56,678 nucleotides of DNA from Intoshia linei. Its lineage: Eukaryota > Animalia > Orthonectida. Positions 24,752 to 36,628 of the stretch are shown piece after piece. The stretch is from the NCBI GenBank assembly GCA_001642005.1, contig LWCA01000084.1:1-56678 (forward strand), written 5' to 3'. The notes under the pieces were generated by a model. The model did not search any database and was not told the origin of the DNA. It saw nothing but the letters and a program-made list of their open reading frames with translations. Positions within the stretch are counted from its first letter, which is position 1, and every line of letters begins with the position of its first letter. The position numbers and the translations under genes are program-made.

Positions 24752-25620
24752 AAAATATAGTACATCAATACTTTCATCTGAAAGCCTAGGTCTAGTTTTA
24801 GTTAGAAATAGTTCAACTGATGAAAATGTTCTTTCTGCTTCCACACTTGTCGCTTGAATAGACAATATAGACCTATAATGTGTATATATTAGTGTTGGGA
24901 ATTTATCGAAATATTTTTGTCGTTAAAAAATAATAATTTAATGTAATGGAAAAATTAAGTACAACTGTTATATTATTTATTTTTGTTTATAAAGTAGAAT
25001 TTGCACATTACTGCCGCACCATGAGTTGTAACAGCAATAATGTATTTAACATACTGTTGCACATCAAACTATCAAACGATTGTTTTATTAGGATAACACC
25101 CAAACACCACGTTTTATTCTCGTATGAATGTTTACATTCATATATAGTTTATTCTGCATGGATGTATATTCGTCCATAGTGATAGAAAACCTCATTCACT
25201 TGTTACATTTATCTTGTAAAATTATTTTAAGTTCTTCCTTTTTTTATTGTAAAACGATAGAATCATTCTTTTTACAGAGTTACGGCAAGTGGGAGAAGTA
25301 TTGTCATATTCACTGTTCTGTTTTTTAAAACTAATTTGAATAAAATCGCTTTTTGCTATTCTATTATATATATATTAAATGAGAAATTATCCATGGCTGC
25401 CATTTTCGATACACCTTCTTTCATCGATTTTTTAATAACAAGAAAATCTATCCTTCGCAATTTTGTTTCGTTTCTATCTTCGTTCAAATTAATATTATGA
25501 ACATTTTTAACGTGATAACATAATCCACTGGTAGTTCTTGAACATTTTACAATTTTATAGCATTTAGCTTTATAAATATTTAATAATGTAAAATAATTCC
25601 ATAGTTTACATCTTTTATGT
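24752..25620 (-). pseudogene. hAT transposase relic (internally deleted)
   Basis: BED-finger remnant CYKIVKCSRTTSGLCYHVKNVH, SITMDEYTS, IIAVTTHGAAVM, and dimerisation motif ILSIQATSVEAERTFS...RPRLSDESID. Confidence 0.8.
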
Positions 25621-26112
25621 CATTTTGGCGATAATAAAATAAAAGATATTCAAAAATTTATCGATAAAATGATTCTAAAGGTTGAGTTCTTAGTTGCGTA
25701 ATTTCGTAACATTTTAATACTGCTGATGTTATTATTGATAGGTATGTTTATATTCATGTATTCTTTTAAAAATTGATTGATTATCATTATTTAAAATATC
25801 GTGATCTATTTGGGGTTCACGGAATTTTTTTTTTCACTAAAATTATCGTCAATATTCAATCTTTTAAGTTCTATTTCTATATTTGATTTTTTAGGCATTA
25901 ATAGAAAAATACTACCCCTCATACTTTTAAAGTCATGTAGATATGATTTAATAGAATTTGTTTTTATACATCTACGTGATGTATATCGTTTAAAAATAGT
26001 CATAAAATTTTAATTGACAATAGAACTTGTAAATCGAAAAATAAAGAATTAATAAAATTAAATTTAGTTAACATTTAATTTATACAAACAAAATGAACTG
26101 GTAAACGGTACG

Positions 26113-29100
26113 TTAAAATCGGAACTGATATGTGCCTCCATTTTGATCGGAACTACTGAAAAACACTTGTGAAAAATTGCCGTTAGAGTTGGATCGACTA
26201 GTGCTAAATCTCTGACCACCACTCGGCCTTGCTCCTCCATTAAAGAACATGTTAAAAATGTCATTAGGATTCATTTGACCTGCGCCTCCTAGGTTAATAC
26301 CATTAATTCCATCCATACCACCTCGATCATAATTAGCTCTTTTTTTGGTATCTGATAAAATACTATAAGCTTCGTTGATATTTTTAAAAATTTGTTCTTC
26401 CTTTGCCTTGATATGATCTTCCTTATGTGTGTGTCGGTCTAAAATAGAATTAAAAGTACAAAACAAAAAAAACCTGGATGGTGGATTAGGGCTTTTTTTC
26501 TATACGATTTTTTAATTTCATCAATGGTTGCATCTTTAGAAACACCCAAAAGTTTATACAAGTCAGTCTTTGATTTCGATTCCAACTTTCTGGCCTCTTC
26601 CAATAACATCATGTTGTGGTTAGTTTTTTCACGGTCTAAAATGGATTGATAATCTTTTACTGCAAGGTCGTGTTGGTTGTTATCCTGATAACTAAAAAAT
26701 TGTATAATTTCAAAATAACCACACCTTTTAGCTCTTCGGAATAAAGCTTTTGTATATGAATTATCGGCTTCAATCGAATATGTACAATATTTAATAGAAT
26801 CGTCATTTTTGTTTAACTATATTAAAAGTATATACATTTATTTAAAGCGATACTTTTGAATAACATGTTGCAATATTAGTATACAGGGTTGCCAATATAT
26901 TACATGTGCTGGATTGGTAATCCAATAATTTCTTATAAATGATAATCGCTTTTTCATATAGTTTATTAGAAAACAATTTGGATGCTTCATCTTTAACTGA
27001 TTGGTAATTCACCAAATGCTATTGATTTATTAATTTGATAAAGTAAAAATATATTACATTATATAATGTTTTTGCTTTTTCGTTTTGGGGGTTCTTGGAA
27101 AGTATATCAGATAAAATAGATTTAGCTTGATTTTGTTTATTTAAAGAAATATATAAAAGACATTTTATATAGGATACATCATCAGAGTTATTTGACACCT
27201 TTAATTTGCTAAAATATGATTGCAGATTTATGGATAAATAAAAAACCTTAACCAATGCATACACTTGGTTTCATTGTTGGAACGAGCATAGCATTCAGAT
27301 ATAAGTAGAATATAATCTTTACAACCCGGTGCCTTTTCATTGCATAACAGAAATGAAGATAATGCCTTGTGAACTCTTCTATTTTTCATATGCTCGACAC
27401 CTTCCTTATAGGTTGTTATTAACAATTCCAACACATTCATCTAAAGTTTATTACAGCTTCGTCATTACAAAAATACCTCTGAATTGAGTTCAGCTGAAAA
27501 TTGAGAATTTTTGGAGATAATTTCATCATACACCTGTTTTGCTTCAGTTAGACGACCGAGCATCATTAAACATTTTGCACCACGAACCCGTGCCTAAATT
27601 TTTTTATTAATTAATTTGTATTTTTAATTTAATTTGGTGGTAAAACAATACATAAAAGTAATTTTAGTTCAAATAAATTCATTTCAGTTTAAATTGACTA
27701 CAAAATTGTCAAAAATCAACATTCATTATTTTTAAATTTCTAATGCCTTTTAATTCCATATGAAATCATGCTATAAATATCTTGTTAAATACCATCAAAA
27801 ATATAACATCACTTTAACGGCTAAACTACCAAAGTAAAAACACTACCATGGTACCATTACACAAAATTAAGGGGTTTAAAAGTTATATTTGTATATTAAA
27901 AAGGCGTGCATTTATTGTGTCAGTATTTTTCTTATTGATTTGTAAGTATTGGTGATGGTTTGTCAGTAAAAACATTAATTTTTCAGTATTGTAGATGATT
28001 TGTCTATGTATAGAACATATTAAATGACAATTTTTTCTCATAAAAAAATATTCTCTGGTGTAAACACCGTAAAATATTTCTAATTTTTTTGTAATTTGGT
28101 TTGTAGGTATAATATGGTATCTTAATAGTTCAGTTTTAACTTAGGTCTGTAGTGGATGATATTATTATATAAAGTATTTAATAGGATTAACCTAATTATT
28201 AACCTCACAAGGATAATAAAGACAAGTGAGAAATATAAAAAAGATTAAAGGGATTGACATAATTACATAATTGGGTTTGTTAAATACTGACAAATTAATT
28301 AATGGTCCCATCAGCAGCAAAACAAAAAATTGGTAAAAAAGGTCAAGAGGACGACCAAAAAGAGCTACTAAAGCTCTTATGTATTAATTACATGTAATTG
28401 TATTTTATAAAATAAATTTTCAAAAACTAAATTTTTAATTTTTATAGAGACACTCCAAAATAATCAAACTTACAATTCAATTTTTTAACTGACAAAAATA
28501 AAATTATGTACTGACAAGGAAGCAATTAAAAACTGACAATACTTTTTATTACTGACAATTTTCTGTTGAAAATAAAGAAAATTTTTTATTAAAAATAATA
28601 GAAAACTGTTTCATTGATAATACAAACAGATAACGTCACAAAAAATATCTTAGCTACTCACAATATATCAAAATAAAGCTTCAGCAATTGTATTTCAATA
28701 AAAATGTTTAGACAAAATCGACACTGCAGAGATGCAAGAGTCGACCAAAGTAAATGAACAAAATGTACCCAATAGATACCAACAGGTTGCTGGTAATACA
28801 AACTAATATTTACAACCCTTCTCAGTTAGTCAAAGCAGTAAAATATGAGTGTTTAACATTTACAAAAATGATAAATTCAAATTATAACAATAAAACAGTT
28901 TTTATTAATCAGATGTATAAATTATATATCATAGATTAATATGCATTGCATTATAATTATACAATTTGTATATAACACTAGACAACAAAATGAAAACTTT
29001 TTTCGAGGATCTGCATTAAGACCCATCCAAATAAAAAGCTGAAATTTTTTTGATCAACATGATACTTCTCTTTTTAATTTTACAGTTCGCTATCAAAAGA

Positions 29101-29873
29101 TGATTGACAACATCATAGCAACCAAGCTATTTCAATTAATTTTTAATTTAATTATAGTATATAATGAGATATTTAAATTTTTGACGTTTGATATAGATTT
29201 GAGGGATTTCAAAGTTGATTCTCGTACATTAAACTGTATATTTGTATTATCAAATTTTTACATTTATCAGTTAAATAGTAACATTTTTTAGTGTTTGGCA
29301 AATATATACCACATCAAAAGCAATAATGTTTCGTTTATTTCGTAGACATGCATTTTAACATTAATAAATAAATATTCAACTTAAAAAACTTCACCTTTTT
29401 TAAAGTAAACATTATTTTGAATGATATAATTGGTCAATTTTAGAAGTGAAGTGAAACTTTTTACTATTTTTTTTAACATTAAAAGTGTTAATAAATGGGT
29501 TATATGAACTAAAATTTATAAATATATTATATCATTAAAATCAGCGCTAGATTATCCACAAGATTATATTATTTTTATGCAGATGTATTTTTCATTATTG
29601 TCTAGTGTAATGGATAATTTACTTTTGTGTACGTTTCATCTATTGAAATGGCTTTTTGACAATCTGAAAGTGCTTCTTCAAATTTTTCCATCATAATGTA
29701 TGCTGCAGCACGGTTAGAATACAATGTAAAATTTTCAGGATCTTTATCTATAAAATTAAGTGAAATAAAAAACTTCAAAATAAACCAATTGCAGCAGTAT
29801 AACAACTCAGCGCTCGGCTATACTTCTTTTCACTATAATATTTATTTCCTCTAATTTTTGCAATTTCAGCCAT
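26113..29873 (-). CDS. DNAJC7: TPR + J-domain co-chaperone (Tpr2), 9 exons; intron 2 is ~2.0 kb (29622-27594), the rest 33-39 nt
   Basis: TPRs ([23 protein letters not shown]), J-domain DLYKLLGV...[13 protein letters not shown] with HPD split by an intron, G/F-rich tail ending YQFRF*. Confidence 0.93.
28257..28388 (+). mobile_element. Mutator (MULE) transposase C-terminal remnant inside DNAJC7 intron 2
   Basis: HIIG...[25 protein letters not shown] resembles the post-SWIM tail; flanked by TGTCAGT repeats on the left and inverted ACTGACA repeats on the right. Confidence 0.5.
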
Positions 29874-30770
29874 AATAAATATAAAAAAAATAAATGTAAA
29901 CTATTTCAACGAGTAAAATATAAGGACTATTCGAGAATATTCACTAAATGTTTATATGACGATTAATATAAATAAATTCAATTCCAAGTTTATATTGGTG
30001 TCATTGATTATATATTTTACTTTTATACATTGTTTTGTTTATTCTTTCGTTTTCTGATTAATTAATTAGTGTTAATTGTAATTGTCAATTAATATAAAAG
30101 CTATGCTAACCAAATTAATGATCTTAATATTTAGCCCCACTAAATTTAACTTGAAATGTAATTTTATTGAATATTTGTAGAACCAAAATTACTATAATTT
30201 TTAATTTCAAATTTAATCAAAACTTGATATTTACAAAATTGTAAGTTATAATTTTTTAAAAAAATATGTGAATAAATTTAATTTTAATGTAATTAATAAT
30301 AGATCTTTGATGAATCATGTTTGTAATGTTTTGGTCTTTGAAGGTCTTTATTATTCCGCAAAACTTATTGCAAATAATTTCAAGATAATTCAATGCTAAA
30401 ATTGAATATAAAAACATAAAGTGAGCATACAACCATAACAACTAAATTAAACCAATAAACAGTTTAGTCTAAATTATGAAGTTTACTGGTACAACAGTGT
30501 TGTTTGTTTGACCACATTTTAACTCACTAAGAATATGTACGATTTAAATTTAGTTATGTAAATGTTCATTAAACATGAATTTTTCAAATTTTAATAATTT
30601 TTCATTCTCGAAAAACAAAAAAATTAATTTAAAATAACTTTGTACAAAATTTTATACAACATTTGTACAAACGTTTAGTTACTAACTGTTAGTATCAAAA
30701 TTGAACTTTTGTAAAGTAGTTGCTGTAGTGTTATAATTTAAATTTTATACAAAATAGTTTGAAAATAAGA

Positions 30771-31238
30771 ATTTAAAAATTGCGTAGCAATGAAAAAAAT
30801 TCCGAAGCAATAAATTATATAGACTTTCACCCATGTCTTATTGGAAATGTGTAGACGCTCAATGCACATTTTTTTTAAAATTGTAGGATCAATATTTACA
30901 TTTTCAATTTTTGATTTTTAATTGGATTTATTGAAAAATATTGGTTGAATATATTAAAAGTATTTTTCACCCGGGAATGCGTAGATTCCTCGGGTTACTT
31001 TTGCATTTATATCAACTGGAATAAGCTCTATCAGAATAATTTTTTTTTTTTAATTTTCGGACCGTTAATTATTCACACATTTTAATAAAATATTTTTGAA
31101 AAAATATATGAATACTAACATGCTTTTTTGACCGCGAAGTCGTCACTTATTTGGATTGAATTTTTTTGTGTGTTAACAAAATACAACTGTACCACCTGTA
31201 AATTTTTTGAATTCAAAATTTAAAATTCTAGGGCTGTT
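30771..31238 (-). repeat. 3' half of the Helitron-like repeat
   Basis: TGCGTAGCAATG, GGAATGCGTAGA and GAAGTCGTCACTTAT blocks. Confidence 0.85.
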
Positions 31239-31484
31239 GTATATCATTTCAATTACAGTTCAGTTGCATAATGTAACTTACATTACATTTTTTGCATTTT
31301 CACAGAACAAATAATTGTTTAAAATTTTGTTATTTACTTGAGCTCCAATCTATTTTATTTTTACTTCCAATTTGGAAGTTCCAAGTGCTACTAGATTAAA
31401 ATAAATAATAGTACATATAATAATAGTACGACTATAAATTAAATATTTAATTATGTAATATACAATATCTAATTTGGTTAATAT

Positions 31485-33144
31485 TCACACACTAAAATAA
31501 ATCTTATTATTAGGTTTGAGTTCGAAATTGGAGGTATAATAACTACACGAATAAGATAAAATAGACTTTGAGAGTCCATACAGGTGTGTAACTTCTAAGA
31601 AAATTTCTAAAATTAAATAGTATCTTTTTTTGTTAGTCGACTTGTGTAGAGCAGTTAAAATTTTTTCATTTCTTTCTTCAAAATATTTACATCTATTCAG
31701 TTCAAGATTACCATTCTTTAATACTAAAGTAATTTTTACATAATTGATTACTACATTAAATCAATACGCTTAAGTTTTGACCATTTAAACTAAATTTACT
31801 GGCATAATCTATTTTTAATACATTAATTTTTTTCGTGTCGCAAACTCAAGTTTGAGATATGCTGTTCTGTATCAACATTTAAATTAATCACTAATTAGTG
31901 AATTTAAAGTCAAATGTTAAGTGATACATGAATTAAAGTGTTAAGTGTTAATCAGTTGTTAATGTAATGTTTTAAATAATATATAACGATTCCATCAATA
32001 AATTCGGACAACTCATGAAATAAATATTATAATAAAATTAATATTAAACTCAGTAATTCTTAACCCGTGCGCCGCGGCACACTGAACTAAATAAGGCTAA
32101 GAAGAACTATTAAATCGTTTAAAATTAAATCAATATATATTAAGGGACGGGTGTGATTAATGTATGGTAACATTAAAAAAATTAAATAATGGAATTTACA
32201 GAAACGGTAGGCTTTTCATAAAAAACATTTTATTCACAAAACCAAAAGTGAAAAATCCCAGTTTACCCATCCTGAAAACAACTATGTCGACCAAATGTGT
32301 AATAGAAGTCGTTTATCAGGACCATTTAGCAGGAATCGCCAAAATGTAAAAATTACAATATTGATACATGATAAGCTTGCAAATAGTGAAAGATTCATCA
32401 ATAGTTAGATTGACACGGGCAATATTGTCGGCAACACTTAATAGCATAACAATAAAACTTTTAGTTCCATTATTCTGAGCATCTTTTAAATAAAAATCTT
32501 TCTTGAAACTTAATGTGATAAATGGGTTATCCTTATTCTGAATAATATTCTTGCTATGATAAGCAAATAAAAAGATAATTAAGCGAGGATAAGCATATGT
32601 ATTTAATCTTTGAGTAAATTCTACCTACTTAAAATATACTTGAAATAAATAAAAAACAAACATCAACATTGATTATTGATTTATTTAGCTTAGTCATAAA
32701 CCAGTCGTGTATAGCTGAAATATAGTGAATACTTTCATGTAATAATATCTTTTCAAAATTATTAATATCATAATCGTTTGAATTGCAATAATGTTCACAT
32801 TTTTCTTCGTATATGAACAATTCTTGATGAGTCTGTGATACAATGTTTGTATAAATAGTTGGATCGACATTTTTACGAGTACGCTGCATTCCATTTTCCA
32901 AGCAGAGGTTAAATCTGCAATGAACACATCCCCTATTTATACGTTTAAAGCAATTTTGATTAGTTTGACAATACAGAGGTCCAATCTTTTTAAATACATT
33001 TTACTTGGAAATTGGTAAAATTACGAAATTCTTGTAACGAAAAAAAAAATCTCTGCAAGGCTGACATCCAAATCCTCCAAACGCTTTTATTATTTTTTCT
33101 GATGAAGTACATATTTTACATTCACTTGTGCACTTTATATTCAT
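31485..33144 (-). CDS. Divergent orphan nuclear receptor (C4 DBD + degenerate LBD), 316 aa; exons 33144-33025, 32985-32662, 32624-32357, 31723-31485
   Basis: CKIC-x14-CQPCRDFF...CQTNQNC-x7-CVHCRFNLCLENGM; LBD-like helices (IARVNLTIDESFTICKLIMY, EKILTALH, RYYLILEIFLEV); all splice phases consistent. Confidence 0.85.
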
Positions 33145-33953
33145 TTTAATATTATTTAGTCATTCATCAATTTAAATTTAAAATTCAATAGTTAATAAAT
33201 CAAGTGTATTTTATATTATCGTTCAGAGTAAAAAACAACAACATTAACGATCTTGGTATCGACAAATTTTATTAAGTTGGGATCCAATTTTTATGTCGTC
33301 ATGACAATATTTGGTAAAATCGTGTTTTTCAAAAAAATATTGGAATAATGAGATTCTATCCATGAGTTGATAAAATTAGTTTTTTTACTATGTCGATATT
33401 TTTCTGGTGGTTTAAATGGTATTTTTTATTAATGATAGGATAAAATTGGTACTTTTGAAATACATGTAATAATGTAAAGGTCGTTTAGGCTTGTGAGAAA
33501 TTACTAACATCTGGAAATATGTAATAAATATTAAAAAAATAATAAAAATTTTTCTATATTTTATTCGAATCTCACGGATCCAGGCAACCAGGGTCCTGAA
33601 TAGGGACTACTGCCCTAGACACTTATCTACGGGTTTTGCGTAGCGGTAACATTATTGAAAAATATACATTTTTTTAAATTCTCAATGTTGAAAATGATGT
33701 CTACATTTTGAAAAAATTTCGTAGAGACCCTCTGAAAGGTGTCTCAAGTTACGGTAGGTTCAACTCTGAAGTATAAGCCAAGTATAAAAAAATATGGCTT
33801 TCGTAATTTTTTTATTTTTTAAATAAAATTTTATCAGGATTGAAACATGTTTGTATAAGCATGCAACAATATAATGATGTCGAATAGGTTAGCTACATGA
33901 CATAAAAATAATCTTGAATATATTTTTAGTTTTATTGAGAATAAATGGTCATT

Positions 33954-36395
33954 TTAAGCATAATATTGTAAGTTTGTTTTCTTCTTAGCCTGTACTTCTA
34001 AAATAGCGTCCATGTAATCTTCATGATCCAACTCTATTGCTCCTCTTCTTAAAGCTATCATGCCCTAAATTTAAAATTATAATAATACACTTCTATCAAC
34101 AAATCTATCAGTAGTTCGAAATGTTAAAAATACAAACCTAATAAGTTATTAGTAATAACCTTTTAAAATATCTTAAAAGCCTGTTAAAATTCTTATCGTG
34201 TGTTGATTTCAAAAGATCTGTTCAATTTGAAACGATTAGAAATTCAAATCGTCACTTATTATTTCGTGCAAATACAATTTTTCATAAATTCATAAACCAC
34301 CAATGCTTAGAACAGGGGTCGTCAAACTTTTTAACTATAATACCTTAAAAATAAATAATTTTCAATTTTAAATTCCAAAATAACACTTTTCCTTACACAA
34401 CCATCGCAATAATTTCAAAAATATTCGTAGATCCAGGGATTATATGCACCGCTTTGATATCCATGGATTATAAGTTATAACAAATTTTAGAGTATTGAAA
34501 AAATTGACCAACCCGTTCATTAACTTCTATCAAAAATGAACATAATAAACAATTTTAAAGTTATTTATAAGTGTAATATAAAATTCCTTATAATAATACA
34601 AATATATATAAACCGCTTCAACACACATAGCCTTGCATTGAGCACCATTAAAATCTTCGGTACACCTGGCCAACTCTTCAAAATTTACATTTTTCCTATA
34701 AAAATATATAAAATGAAACAATAAACAATACTTGACATTCATCTTACGTGAATGAATCTGTAAAATGCGACACCTAGCTTCTTCATTGGGATTAGGAAAT
34801 TCAATTTTTCTGTCCAATCGACCAGATCTAAGTAAAGCTGGATCCAAAATATCGACTCGATTTGTAGCTGCAATAACTTTAATGTTTTCGTTGGGCTGAA
34901 AACCATCCATTTGATTAAGTAATTCGAGCATGGTTCTTTGAACTTCCCGATCACCGGCTTTTTCACTATCAAAACGTTTGGTACCTATGATATAATTATA
35001 TTTAAATAAATGTACTACATAATAATAACTGTATGTCTGGATATTATATAACAATAGCACAACCAACACTTATAATATTCTGTACGAGGTTCCAAAGATA
35101 TTTTTTATAAAATGGGGAATCCTACTTTTAAATTCATAAAAGTCGAATATATAACACTTTAAATGAAAATTTACCTATTGCATCCAATTCATCAATAAAA
35201 ATAATGGCAGGTTGTTTTTCTTTGGCTAGATTGAAAGCATCTCGAACTAATTTAGCTCCGTCGCCAATAAACATTTGAACCAACTGTGGACCAGCAAGTT
35301 TCAAAAACGTAGCATTGGTTCTAGCAGCACACGCTCTAGCCAGCAACGTTTTACCGGTTCCAGGTGGTCCGTACAATAAAACACCTTTTGGAGGTTCAAT
35401 TCCAATTTCTTTAAATTTTTCATTATGGTCCATAGGTAATACAATTGCTTCAATTAGCTGCGAGACGAATGAAATATATTACAAAAATAAAATACTTCCT
35501 GAATTTGTTTATCCAACCCACCAATTTCACTATATTTTTCTGTGGGCTTATCGTCAACTTCCATAGCTTTAACGCGAGGATCATATTCGGTAGACAACGC
35601 TTCAAGAATTATGTACGAGTCTTTATTTACTCCCTAATATTTACATTTATAAAATTAAATGAAACCACATACTTTTTAGAGGCTAATTATTGATTAAATA
35701 ATAGTAGATTAATATTTTTAATCAATTAATCAGATTTAACTAGCTAACTAGATAAATTTTAAAATAATTACGATTAAATCTCCAGGTTTCAAAGTAAGTG
35801 GGTCAACTAATCCAACGACAGGCAAAAAATATGTCTACATAAATAAGTTTAGAAAATGAATAAATCTACCTGACGAGTGGAAGTTTTAATGACGGCGCAT
35901 TTACCTTCCATTTTAACATTTAAATCGACATTAGCTCCTTCGTCGTCTCCATACTCTTCTGGTTCCAGATCCAACAACTACAAATAGTAAAGATGAACAA
36001 TTATACGAAATCAGTGTCTCACGAAAATATATTGGTGCAATATTAAACTGCGGAGCACGGAATGTCCCTGATAAAAAATTTTTGTATTTAAATTTACCTC
36101 AACAACATTGGACACGAGATATGGTAAAATTTTGTTTAATTTAATTTTTTCATTATTTTCGAGTATTTTTTCATTCTGACTTTGTTTTTCATGAGTTAAT
36201 CGGCTAATTTCACCTTTCAATGACTGCGAATAATAAATTTTTTAAAGTTAAATAATGAAAATTAAAAATTACTCGAATATTGGTTTCAAAAATATGCATA
36301 CGATTGACTATATCTTCTACCGAAAGGCTTATTATTAAATCATTTAAACCTTTGTCATTTTCAATCATCATCATTGTCATATCCTCTTCAACCAT
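33954..36395 (-). CDS. PSMC3: 26S proteasome AAA-ATPase subunit Rpt5 (6A), multi-exon
   Basis: [22 protein letters not shown], Walker A GPPGTGKT, Walker [27 protein letters not shown]-terminal HbYX tail LQYYA*. Confidence 0.97.
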
Positions 36396-36628
36396 TTTTA
36401 TTTGGTTTATTTAAAATTTAAACAATAACAATATAGCTTTATTTTCAGATAAAAATAAGTTTATTTTCAAAGATTATTTTTTATAGAAATTGATACGAAC
36501 ATATCAGAATCTAGACTTTAAATATTTATTTGGTTATTTAGATAATCTCTACATTTTGGTATATTCTACTATTTGACGAAAAAATTAATTTAGATACAAA
36601 ATGTACAATAAATGTTGAAATATAAATT

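Noticed and set aside
36035-36042. miR-92-like seed TATTGCAC in the PSMC3 intron hairpin
   Set aside because: It sits at the hairpin apex, not on an arm, and the rest does not match
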